64,000 nucleotides of DNA from an uncultured Verrucomicrobiae bacterium (GTDB lineage: Bacteria; Verrucomicrobiota; Verrucomicrobiia; Chthoniobacterales; UBA10450). Below the pieces are notes generated by a model. It saw only the letters and a program-made list of their open reading frames with translations. It was not told where the DNA came from and ran no database searches. The stretch covers positions 12,924-76,923 of the forward strand of contig CAWIBC010000009.1 in assembly GCA_963834255.1 (NCBI GenBank), in the 5' to 3' direction. The position numbers and the translations under genes are program-made. Within the stretch, counting starts at the first letter, position 1; every line of letters begins with the position of its first letter. Shown here piece after piece: positions 27,997 to 37,234 of this stretch.

Positions 27997-29080
27997 ATGC
28001 CGAGCTCGACCAATGACGCCGCGCACGCCGGGAAACCACTCCACGGACGCGGCGCATCCCATAATCCGGCCAATCGCTTCGAGGCTCTCCATCTCGAGCC
28101 CGATCCCGAGGATGAAAACGATCCGGAGCGGCCAAAACGCCGCACCATTTACTACCGCGACTTCACCCGCACCATCATTGCGCATAACGACAGTCCGGAT
28201 GTCGGGTTCGAGTCGAGCGTCAACCCCTACCGCGGCTGCGAGCACGGTTGCATCTATTGTTATGCGCGCCCGACGCACGAGTTCCTTGGCTTTTCCGCCG
28301 GGCTCGATTTCGAGAGCCGGATCATGGTCAAGGAAGACGCGCCCGAGCTGCTCGCGGCGGAGCTGGCCAGGCCGCGCTGGAAACCGCAGACCCTCGTCAT
28401 GAGCGGCGTGACCGATCCCTACCAGCCGGTCGAACGCAGGTTGCAGATCACGCGGCGCTGTCTCGAGGTGCTGGCGCGGTTTCGGAATCCGGTCGGGATC
28501 ATTACCAAAAACCATCTCGTCACGCGCGACATCGACTGGCTGGGCGAACTGGCCGCGCACAGGAGCGGCGGCGGTCAACATTTCCATCACCTCGCTCGAT
28601 CCGAAACTGCAACGCGTGCTTGAGCCGCGCACCTCCACCCCGCGGGCGCGGCTGGAGGCGATCCGGCAGCTGCGCGCGGCCGGCATCCCGGTCGGGGTGA
28701 TGACCGCGCCGATCATTCCCGGGCTGACCGATCATGAAGTGCCGGCGATCCTGGCCGCGGCGGCGGAAGCGGGGGCGCAGTTCGCCGGTTACACTGTCGT
28801 TAGGCTGCCCTACGCGGTGGCGCCGTTGTTCGAACGCTGGCTGGAAGAACATTTCCCCGACCGGAAGGAGAAGGTTCTCGGCCGCATCCGCCATCTCCGC
28901 GGTGGCGAGCGGCTGAACGATCCGCGTTTTGGATCGCGCATAAAAGGCGAAGGCATTTTTGCGGAACAAATCCGCGATCTCTTCAGCGCCGGCTGCAAAC
29001 GGGCCGGGATCGGCGAGCGGCCGCGTCTTTCCATCGCCGCGTTCCGCCGCCCTAACGATCAGCTGAATCTGTTCGACTAG
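27997..29080 (+). pseudogene. radical SAM protein (PA0069-like family), one apparent frameshift
   Basis: NPYRGCEHGCIYCYA (CxxxCxxC) lies in frame 1 up to ...WLGELAAH. The sequence continues as AAAVNISITSLDPKLQRVLEPRTSTP...GIPVGVMTAPIIPGLTD in frame 2. Junction is near 28558-28566. Confidence 0.7.
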
Positions 29081-30432
29081 CCGTTTGCCGCCGCCGTCAG
29101 TCGCCGCTGTTTGCGCATCACCAGCAGCATGGAGCAACCACCGATGATACCGAACCCCGCCATCACCGGGTACCACGCGCCCCAGCCGTATTTGTCGATC
29201 AGCCATCCAGTGAGGGGCAGGGCGATGGCCGTCCCATAATATTGAAAGGAGTCGATCACCCCGGAGGCGAAGCCCGCCATTTTGCGCCCGCCGATATCCA
29301 TCGGCGCCGCCGTGCCGACAATGGAATGAGTCGAGTTGGCGGTCAGCGCGATGAGAACGAGGAACATGCAGCCAATGAAAATGCCACTCGGAGTCGGCCC
29401 AACCACCCCGGAGAAAATGACCGCGGCCGCCACCAGGATCACCACCGTCTCGAGAAAATAAAGACCCATCGCCACGGGCGAGCGCTGCCCTTTGAAGATC
29501 TTGTCGGAAATGATGCCGGAGGCGAACGAAGCGCTGACCGCGACCAACGGCATCAGGTTCATCGTCCAGAAAACCGCCGGCGGCCGCGCCTGCATATCGA
29601 GCCCGAGCTGTTCAGCAAAGTAGAGAATCGCGAGCTGATCGGAGCTGTTGCGCACCGCGCCGGTGCAGGCGTAGGCGACGGCGTAAAACCAAACCAGCGG
29701 ATGGGTGAAGATGGTGAGGAACGATTCGCGCAGGCTGACCGTGACTTTTTCATCGTCCGGCGGCCCTTCGTGCTCGATCACCCCGCGGTAACCGGCTTCC
29801 TCCGGCGTCTGCTTGACGAAGAGGACGAGCAGAATGACGACGGCGGCGGTGATGAGCGGCGGGAGGCGGAAGAGCCAGCGCCAGTCGCCTTTTGCCACCA
29901 CCCACATCCCGACGCTGAAACCGGCGAGAATGATCGGCGCAAGATTATTGATCCCGAACTGGCCGAGCTGAATCATGAACCCGAAAATGCCGGCGAAGGT
30001 GCCGCGCTCGGTCCGGTTAAACCAGGCCGCGTTCATCTTGATCATGCCGGGCGCGCCAAAGGACTGGAGATAGCCGTTGAGCAACCAGATGAGGGAGAAG
30101 GTCGAGAAGGTGCCGGCGAAAGAACCGAAACCGAAGATGAGATTGATCGTGATCGTGCCGATAGCGCCAATCGTCATCGCGGTTTTGCCGCCGATCCGGT
30201 CGGTCAGGAGGCCGTTGACGAGCTGCCCCGTGCCGTAGGCGAGCGACCAGGCGCTGAGCATTCCGGTGATTTGGAATTTGGTGAAACCAAACTCCTCCAC
30301 CATCCCGGGCGTGGCCCAGCGGAAGTTGTAGCGGCACATGTAATACGAGGCGTAGAGCAAGCCGATGATGAACCAGTTCAGACCGCGCCGGGCGCGGAAG
30401 CCGGGTGGATATTTGATCGCGATCTCACTCAT
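29077..30432 (-). CDS. MFS transporter, organophosphate:Pi antiporter (GlpT/UhpC-like) family
   Basis: 451 aa, 12 TM helices. YASYYMCRYNF....GLLTDRIGGK motifs. Confidence 0.75.
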   Translation of the reverse strand: MSEIAIKYPPGFRARRGLNWFIIGLLYASYYMCRYNFRWATPGMVEEFGFTKFQITGMLSAWSLAYGTGQLVNGLLTDRIGGKTAMTIGAIGTITINLIFGFGSFAGTFSTFSLIWLLNGYLQSFGAPGMIKMNAAWFNRTERGTFAGIFGFMIQLGQFGINNLAPIILAGFSVGMWVVAKGDWRWLFRLPPLITAAVVILLVLFVKQTPEEAGYRGVIEHEGPPDDEKVTVSLRESFLTIFTHPLVWFYAVAYACTGAVRNSSDQLAILYFAEQLGLDMQARPPAVFWTMNLMPLVAVSASFASGIISDKIFKGQRSPVAMGLYFLETVVILVAAAVIFSGVVGPTPSGIFIGCMFLVLIALTANSTHSIVGTAAPMDIGGRKMAGFASGVIDSFQYYGTAIALPLTGWLIDKYGWGAWYPVMAGFGIIGGCSMLLVMRKQRRLTAAANG

Positions 30433-30644
30433 ACGTTAGGCGGCGGAAAGAATGAGGGAGCGAGCCCTTTCTGCCCAGCGGAAAAAATTTGTCCGGCAAC
30501 AGCGGCTGTAACCGAAGATGGCGGGACGCTGTCTTGAAATGAATGTGGGAAGGAGGGCAACCGGACCGGGGCCTCGATTCGTAATATGTGTGAGGCGCTC
30601 CAAGGGAACTCCGGCGCCGCAATCTTAACCAAAGGAGAAATGGA

Positions 30645-31259
30645 ATGAAAAAGCTTATCCTCAGTACAATTGTCTTCACGACTCTCGCTGCCTTCACCCA
30701 GGCCGGGCCGATGGAGACCTCGCAAACCCAAGTCGAGCAGAGCACGTATCAGCCTTCGCAGGAATGGTTTCGCGATCGCGAATGGAACTTCGACCTCTTT
30801 GGCGCCTACGCCTTTACGACGCGGCCTTACCAGAGCGACCGTTACCTCGGCGCAGATCACGCGTGGGGCGGCGGCATCGGCGCGAACTACATGTTCAACC
30901 GCTACTTCGGCGTCGGCCTCGAGGGCTACGGTCTCGCGGCGGACGACGCCATTGGCCAGACCTCAGGAAATTTAATCTTCCGCTACCCGGTGCCGGGCAC
31001 TCGCCTTGCCCCCTACGGTTACGCCGGCGGCGGGGTGATTTTTAACGGCTCGCGCGTCGAGGATCTGGTTGATCGCGGCCGGAGCATCGGCAGCATTCGG
31101 CGCAACGCCGAGGTCGAGGGCATGGGCCAATTCGGAGCCGGTTTCGAAATTCGCCTCACGCCTAACATTGGCGTGATCAACGATTTCAGCTGGAACGTCG
31201 TCCATGGCGACCGCAACGATTTCGGGATGGTCCGTTCCGGCGTCCGCTTTGCTTTCTAA
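30645..31259 (+). CDS. outer-membrane beta-barrel protein
   Basis: Signal peptide MKKLILSTIVFTTLAAFTQA, alternating beta-strand pattern, terminal ...GVRFAF. RBS AAAGGAG upstream. Confidence 0.65.
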   Translation: MKKLILSTIVFTTLAAFTQAGPMETSQTQVEQSTYQPSQEWFRDREWNFDLFGAYAFTTRPYQSDRYLGADHAWGGGIGANYMFNRYFGVGLEGYGLAADDAIGQTSGNLIFRYPVPGTRLAPYGYAGGGVIFNGSRVEDLVDRGRSIGSIRRNAEVEGMGQFGAGFEIRLTPNIGVINDFSWNVVHGDRNDFGMVRSGVRFAF

Positions 31260-31924
31260 ATAAAATCGCTGGTCTCGGGCAGCGTTTTACGCTGGATGTC
31301 GGGCACCTTCGCATCCCCCGCAGGGTGCCCGACGACGAGGAGCAGAAACGGCTTCTCGTGTGCCGGCCGGTGCAAGAGCCCGTTCAGGAAACTCATCGGG
31401 CTTGGGGTGTGGGTGAGCGAGACCAGGCCCGCCTGGTGGACCGCCGCGATCAGGAGGCCGGTCGCGATGCCGACCGATTCAGTTGCGTAGTAATGCTTCA
31501 ATTTTCGCCCGTCCGGCAGCAGCCGGTAGGGCTGGGAAAAAATCGCGATCAACCACGGCGCCGTCTCGAGGAATGGTTTCCGTGCGTCGGTCCCGATCGT
31601 GGCCAGGGCTTCCAGCCACTCGTTAGGCGCGCGATGGGCGTAGAATTCTTCTTCCTCCGCTTCCGCCGCTACGCGGATTTCCCGCTTCAGTGCCGGCTCG
31701 CTCACCGCCACGAAATGCCACGGCTGGAGGTTTGCGCCGCTCGGGGCGGACCCGGCCGCGCGCAGGCAATGCTCGATCACTTCCCGCGGCACCGGGCGAT
31801 CGGAAAAATCGCGGACCGTCCGGCGCTGCGACATCTGCGTGGAAAAATCGCGCGCGCGCTGCGCGATCTCCTCGTCGCTGCGGGCTTCGCGTTTCGGTAA
31901 CGGGACAAAGGTCGGTTTGCTCAC
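31256..31924 (-). CDS. nitroreductase-family flavoprotein (iodotyrosine-deiodinase/BluB-like subgroup)
   Basis: RRTVRDFSDRPVP...SAPSGANLQPWHFV...ESVGIATGLL. GTG 31924 chosen because the earlier ATG would overlap the divergent thiH. Confidence 0.7.
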   Translation of the reverse strand: MSKPTFVPLPKREARSDEEIAQRARDFSTQMSQRRTVRDFSDRPVPREVIEHCLRAAGSAPSGANLQPWHFVAVSEPALKREIRVAAEAEEEEFYAHRAPNEWLEALATIGTDARKPFLETAPWLIAIFSQPYRLLPDGRKLKHYYATESVGIATGLLIAAVHQAGLVSLTHTPSPMSFLNGLLHRPAHEKPFLLLVVGHPAGDAKVPDIQRKTLPETSDFI

Positions 31925-31988
31925 GATCGTGACCTTACAATGCGTGCGGGGCGATTGCGATTCCCGGCGGAACCGCGAAATTAACGCG

Positions 31989-33104
31989 ATGTCTTTCGCT
32001 ACCATTCTCGATCGGCTCCCGGTCCAATCGCCGCTCGTGCGGCGCTTTGCCGGGCTCATCGCGCCTGTCGACGACGCCCGCCTCGAGGCGATGGCGCAGG
32101 AAGCGCGCGTCCTGACCCGGCAGAATTTCGGCCGCACGATGCGAATGTTTGCCCCGCTTTACCTGAGCAACGAATGCATTAACAACTGCCGCTATTGCGG
32201 ATTCTCGCGCGATAATCCAATCCTCCGCGTCACTCTCACGGTCGACGAGGTGGTGACCGAAGGCCGGCATCTGGCGGCCCAGGGATTTCGCCAGGTGCTG
32301 CTGGTGGCGGGGGAACATCCGAAATTTGTCAGCGGCACTTACCTGGCCGACTGCGTGCGCGCGCTCCAACCGTATTTTTCCTCGATCTCGCTCGAGCTCG
32401 GGCCGATGGAGACGGCGGAATACGAACCGCTGGTCGCGGCCGGCGCGGAAGGGCTGGTCGTTTACCAGGAAACCTACGACCGCTCCGTCTACGCCGAGAT
32501 GCATACCTCGGGGCCGAAACGCGATTTTAACTGGCGGCTCGATTGTCCCGAGCGCGCCTACGCCGCCGGCTTCCGGCGGATCGGAGTGGGCGCGTTGTTC
32601 GGGCTCGCGCCCTGGCGGCCGGAAGCGCTCGCACTCGCGGCCCATGTCGAATACCTCCTCAAACATTGCTGGCAATCGGACCTGACCGTGAGCCTGCCGC
32701 GGCTCCGCCCGGCGGCGGGAGAATTCGTGCCGCCCTTCTCGTTAGGCGAGCGCGAGCTCGCGCAACTGATCTGCGCTTTCCGGATTTGTTTTCCGCAGGT
32801 CGGCATCGTCCTGAGCACGCGCGAGCCGGCGCCGCTGCGCGACGCCCTGGCGTCGTTAGGCGTGACGATGATGAGTTCCGGCAGCCACACCGAGCCCGGC
32901 GGTTACACCGGCCAGGGCCGCGGCGCGGTGCACCAGACGGTGCGCGGCCGCATTCTGCCGCCGGATGAAAGCGTGGACGCGCTCGCCACCGGCCAATTCG
33001 AGATCAGCGACGACCGTTCACCGGCCGAAGTCGCGACCGTGCTCCGCCGCGGCGGATTCGAGCCCGTCTGGAAGGATTGGGACCAGGCGCTGGCAGGTCG
33101 ATGA
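31989..33104 (+). CDS. thiH: 2-iminoacetate synthase ThiH (radical SAM)
   Basis: APLYLSNECINNCRYCGF motif. About 370 aa. Followed by thiS with an ATGA overlap. Confidence 0.85.
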   Translation: MSFATILDRLPVQSPLVRRFAGLIAPVDDARLEAMAQEARVLTRQNFGRTMRMFAPLYLSNECINNCRYCGFSRDNPILRVTLTVDEVVTEGRHLAAQGFRQVLLVAGEHPKFVSGTYLADCVRALQPYFSSISLELGPMETAEYEPLVAAGAEGLVVYQETYDRSVYAEMHTSGPKRDFNWRLDCPERAYAAGFRRIGVGALFGLAPWRPEALALAAHVEYLLKHCWQSDLTVSLPRLRPAAGEFVPPFSLGERELAQLICAFRICFPQVGIVLSTREPAPLRDALASLGVTMMSSGSHTEPGGYTGQGRGAVHQTVRGRILPPDESVDALATGQFEISDDRSPAEVATVLRRGGFEPVWKDWDQALAGR

Positions 33105-33301
33105 AGATTTTTTTGAATGGCGAAACCGCCGAGTGCGACGCGGCGGGCACGGTGCAGGATTTGATTACTCGCCACGGACTCCTGCCGGAGACGACGCTGG
33201 TCGAGCGCAACGGCGTGGCGTTGCGCCGCGGCGAATGGGGGACGCAAAAGTTGCAGGAAGGCGACCGGCTCGAGATTCTGCGCGTGGCCGCGGGCGGCTA
33301 G
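33101..33301 (+). CDS. thiS: sulfur carrier protein ThiS
   Basis: 66 aa, MKIFLNGE......VERNG..L.R.EW....L.EGDRLEILRVAAGG with a terminal GG. Confidence 0.8.
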   Translation: MKIFLNGETAECDAAGTVQDLITRHGLLPETTLVERNGVALRRGEWGTQKLQEGDRLEILRVAAGG

Positions 33302-34840
33302 GGGCTGATATTGTAAACCTCGATCAACCCGGTGCCGGTCGTGCTATTCACGTCGGACAAGATCGCGGTGTACGCGCCGGGCAGGAGCGGCGCGAGGATG
33401 GCTGACTCGAGAGTGTTCGTCGGCGCGAGACCGGTATCGGCAATCTCGCTCGCCTGCGTGTCCTGCCAGTCATTATTCATCGCCACGACGGTGCCAAAAC
33501 TGTCGCGAAGCGATAACTGGGGGTCGGACAGTGCGTTCGGGACCGAGTTGGCCAAAGAAGGCCCAATGCCACGGATGATCACACTCTGGCCGGACGTGCC
33601 GCCGACGATTACGCCCGCGATCATCACGCTTTCGAAGGTCGAGACCGTCCCGCGGGTGGAAATGTTTTGCAGCTGCGGCGTGTTGACCGAGTCGAGGTCG
33701 TAAACCTCGACCAGCGCGATGTTGCTCGTCGTTCCGTCGATGCCGGTGACGATCGCGGTGTAAGCACCGGGCGCGAGCTCGATCAGGATGGCCGATTCCC
33801 GATCGTCGGTCGGAGCCAGGCCGCTGTCGGCGATCGCCTGCTGGTTGGCGTTCGTCATCCAGTCGCCGTTGGTCGCGATCGATTGCCCGGAAGAATTGAA
33901 AAGCTGCAGGCTCGGATCGAGCAGGGGCGAGTTGACGCCGCGCGAGCCTAACGACGGTCCAAGAGCGCGCACGACGATCGTTTTGGTCGCGCCGTCGCCG
34001 AGAATAAAGCCGCCGATGAGGACGTGATCGCCCGTTTCCGCGCGCGCGCGGGTCGAGATGTTGAGAAGCGCATCGCCCGAGACAGTCGGAGTCGGTGAAG
34101 CCGAGGGATCGGGCGTCGGGGTGGCGCGGGCTCGGGGTCGGCGTGACCGATGGCGTTGGCGTAACGCTCGGAGTCGCGGTCGGGGTTGGAGTCACCGTCG
34201 GCGTGGGCGTGACGGTCGGCGTCGGAGACGGCGTCGGCGAACTAACGGGCGAATTGGCATAGCCTTCAATCTCGTGCTGGGTGCCGCCGTCGTCCGCATC
34301 GACGGTGAAGAAATTGAGCTGAATCGAGCCGCCGGCCGGCAGCAACCAGGGATCTCCGCCATCGGGGTCGTCAGTCGTGTTCGGCGGAATGGAAGTGCGC
34401 GGGTTGTAGGTGCCGAAACGCTGCCCGGCGGAAGGCTTGGTCCCGGCGAGATACTGCGCGTAGGTGATATCGGGAAACCAGCGCAACGCGATCCGATCGT
34501 CCGCGGGCAGAGCCAGGCCCCCGGTCGGGACGGAAAAAAACGTGATCGTTTGATCGGTACCGCCGCCGTTGTTGAATCCACCGGCAGCCAGCAGAACATC
34601 ATTCCCGGCAATGAAATTGCCCGGGGTGACCGCAGCCGAGAAAAGCCCGTCGCCATTGGCGGCGATGAGGAGCAGGAGCGAGCCATTGGAAAACGGGATG
34701 ACGTTGTCGACATGCGGCATCGGGCCGCCGGCGAATGCTTTCAGCCGGCCCGCATCCACCGTGGCGGAAAAATCGGCATAGGCCGAGGTGCAGATGAAGG
34801 CAAAAACGAGGAGAAACCTGGACACGGACGCAACCTTCAT
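33298..34840 (-). pseudogene. secreted protein: N-terminal domain + Pro/Thr linker + 2 copies of a ~105-aa C-terminal module; one apparent frameshift in the linker
   Basis: ATG 34840 and signal peptide MKVASVSRFLLVFAFICTSAYA. The frame is lost at about 34126 inside ...[12 protein letters not shown]. The C-terminal part ([43 protein letters not shown]...VVRALGPSLG...) is in another frame and continues as ORF 33298..33972. Confidence 0.6.
34081..34250. repeat. degenerate short tandem repeat encoding a (P-T/S-V)n linker
   Basis: Reiterated GGCGT(G/C)(A/G)C(C/G)G.-type units on the + strand, inside the gene above. Confidence 0.7.
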
Positions 34841-34928
34841 CAGAACGGGGAAACCGTAAATAGCGGGGGCCCCTATTCGAGCGAGAAACCCCGCGCCAGG
34901 GCGAGGTGCATTGCGCGGCCGCAGACGG

Positions 34929-36488
34929 CTAGGGGTTATCCGTAATGTTGTAAACTTCCACCAGCCCAATCCCGGTCGTGCCGTCCGCATCGGAGAGGAT
35001 CGCAGTGTAGCTCCCGGGAGGCAGGGAAATCAGAATAGCCGATTCCAGATCATCGGTCGGGGCGAGGCCGGTGGCGGCGATGTCGGCCTCCTGCGTGTCC
35101 TGCCAGTTTTCGTTCGAGGCGATCGGTTGCCCGAAACTATTGAAGAGGGCCAGGGTCGGGTCGGGCAACGGATTTTCAATCGCAGAGGCGAGCGACGGTC
35201 CGAGCCCCCGGATGACGAGCTCCTTGGTCTCCACTCCGCCCACGATCACGCCCGCGATCATGACCCCGTCTTCCGTTTCGGCCGAGCCGCGGGTCGAGAT
35301 ATTTTGCAACTGCGGGGTGTTAATCGAATCGAGGTCGTAGACTTCGACCAGAGCAATATTCTCGGTCCCGTCGATCCCGGGCAAGACGACGGTGTAGGCG
35401 CCGGGCGCGAGCGAAGTGAGGACAGCCGCTTCCAGCGCATCGGTCGGGGCCAGCCCGCTGGCACTCAGAGCGGCCGAGTTTGGGTCGGTCATCCAATCGT
35501 TGTTGCTCGCGATCATTTCTCCGGAGGAATTGAAGAGTTGCAGGCTGGGATCGAGGAGCACGCCCGAAATTATGCTGCCAAGCGACGGTCCAATCGCCCT
35601 AACGACGACGTTCTTGTTCGCGCTCCCGCCCCCGAGGATGAAACCGCCGATCAACACGTTCTGGTCGGTCTCAGTCCGGGCGCGGGTGGATATGTTGAGC
35701 AGCGCCTCCCCCGAAGGAGTCGGGCTTGGCGTGGCCGACGGGTCGGGGGTGGGCGTGACGCTGGGAGTCGGCGTGACGCTCGGCGTCGGCGTCACCGACG
35801 GCGTCGGGGGGACGCTCGGAGTTGGGGTGACGCTCGGCGTGGGAGTGACCGACGGGGTCGGGGTCACAGTCGGGGTGACGCTGGGCGTCGGCGTAGCGGT
35901 CGGAGTCGGGGTCGGGGTCGGACTTCCGGAAAGCGAGGCCAGATTATAAAGGAGGGACCCGGTCAGATCCGAGGTTCCAACTCCATACCCTCCAACCAAG
36001 AGGCCGGTGATGTCATGGGGCACGTTCGAGATATCGGTGGTGGTCGTGTTCGGAATCTGGTCATCGGCCGGAAACACCCAGGCGGAACTGCTCGGCGCGG
36101 TGAAGATGCCGATCTGGCTCGGGGTGGAGCCGGCCGGGACGTCGTAAATGAAATAGTAGATTCTTTTTCCCTGAATCCCGAGCGCGTTGGTCGAGGCGGT
36201 GCTGTTAGCGAACCAGTGGGCTGGGTTGGCAATCACGCTGCCAATCGTGGAACGGGCAAACTCGGTAAATTGCGAATCGAGAAACGCGAAATTGGTCCGG
36301 TTCGCGATGATCTCGGCGTCGGTGATGGAAAAACTCCCGACTCGGACGAGATCGTTGATCGGAAGATCGGTGCCGTTGGCGAGACCGACGCCGTTGCTCT
36401 CGGCCGCGCCCCAACTGACCTGAGCGGCGGGTGCCGTCGCGGCGACGAAGATCGCAGCGAGAAGAGCAAACGCGCGCTTAAGCATCAC
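34929..36488 (-). CDS. secreted protein: N-terminal domain + 70-aa PT linker + 2 copies of the ~105-aa C-terminal module
   Basis: Signal peptide [21 protein letters not shown]. Linker (TPTPSV)n. The module NISTRA...VLIGGFILG...[10 protein letters not shown]...[17 protein letters not shown]....A......GLAPTD.LE.A.L..L.PG.YT......DGT..I.LVEVY appears twice. Confidence 0.7.
   Translation of the reverse strand: MMLKRAFALLAAIFVAATAPAAQVSWGAAESNGVGLANGTDLPINDLVRVGSFSITDAEIIANRTNFAFLDSQFTEFARSTIGSVIANPAHWFANSTASTNALGIQGKRIYYFIYDVPAGSTPSQIGIFTAPSSSAWVFPADDQIPNTTTTDISNVPHDITGLLVGGYGVGTSDLTGSLLYNLASLSGSPTPTPTPTATPTPSVTPTVTPTPSVTPTPSVTPTPSVPPTPSVTPTPSVTPTPSVTPTPDPSATPSPTPSGEALLNISTRARTETDQNVLIGGFILGGGSANKNVVVRAIGPSLGSIISGVLLDPSLQLFNSSGEMIASNNDWMTDPNSAALSASGLAPTDALEAAVLTSLAPGAYTVVLPGIDGTENIALVEVYDLDSINTPQLQNISTRGSAETEDGVMIAGVIVGGVETKELVIRGLGPSLASAIENPLPDPTLALFNSFGQPIASNENWQDTQEADIAATGLAPTDDLESAILISLPPGSYTAILSDADGTTGIGLVEVYNITDNP
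35715..35927. repeat. 18-bp-unit degenerate tandem repeat encoding (PSVTPT)n
   Basis: Units such as GGCGTGACGCTCGGCGTC/GGCGTCACCGACGGCGTC are repeated about 11 times. This corresponds to aa 188-258 of the gene above. Confidence 0.75.
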
Positions 36489-36550
36489 GAGAGCTTCCTC
36501 GAAAAACGCGGAGCGCTCAACTCCCGGTCCTCCGCGGCGGTAAGCCGGAA

Positions 36551-37232
36551 TCAGGAGTCGGCGCGGAGGCGGCGCCGGCGGAGGTAGAACAAGGCAGCTC
36601 CACCAGCGAGCACGAGCGCATAAGTAGAAGGCTCGGGGATCACCGCGAGATTAAAATCGAGGACGTTGCCGGGGCCCTGTTGGAAATCACCGATGACGAT
36701 ATCTGCTCCGGCGATCAGGGCGGTGCCGGCGGCATTCGTTAGGTCGGTGATGTCGATGGTCGTGGTCGTAATCGGAATGTCGTTGTCGTGCGGGAAATCC
36801 CAGTCAGCATCGAGCGTCTGGCTGAAGATGCCCTGCTGGGTGGCCGCGCCCATCGTCGAGGCATTGAAGGCCCAGATGTAGATGCTCAAGCCGGCGACCG
36901 GGAATGGGCTGGTGGTGTCGAAGTTTCCGTACGGTGCTTTGAAAAAAGAAACCGGGTAGTCCGCCGACATTATTGCCAATCGAAGAAATTCCGAAGGTCG
37001 TGAAATGAGAGGAGAGAAAAGCGACATTCGAAGCATTGGCCTGAATAACCGCGTCGGTAATATCGAAAGCGCCAACCAGCAGCAGACTGCCTGGCGAAAG
37101 TTTGACCCCGCTGGCATCCGCCAGGCCGTTGTCGGTGGCGGCGCCCCAGTTCACGGTCCCGGCAAAAGGCGTCGCTACGCCCACGAGGAGCAGCGCGAGG
37201 GTCGAAAGAAGTGCGGTCTTAATGGTTTTCAT
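36551..37232 (-). pseudogene. PEP-CTERM sorting-domain secreted protein, one apparent frameshift at a homopolymer
   Basis: ATG 37232 and signal peptide MKTIKTALLSTLALLLVGVATPFA. The N-terminal domain is homologous to that of 34929..36488. The frame switches at the A6 run 36942-36947 (...GGLPGFFF | KAPYGNFDTTSPFP...). The C-terminus [25 protein letters not shown] is a PEP-CTERM signal. Confidence 0.7.
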
Positions 37233-37234
37233 AC

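Noticed and set aside
31925-31988. A TPP (THI-box) riboswitch was expected upstream of thiH-thiS.
   Set aside because: The divergent intergenic region is only 64 nt, and I could not find the conserved CUGAGA / ACCUGAUCUGGAUAAUGCCAGCG-type cores.
35715-35927. A regular short repeat array that could be mistaken for a CRISPR or minisatellite locus. Similar arrays lie at 34081-34250 and 58717-58836.
   Set aside because: - The units are about 18 bp with no unique spacers.
- They lie in frame inside ORFs and translate to (P-S/T-V-T-P-T)n linkers.
- No cas genes are present.
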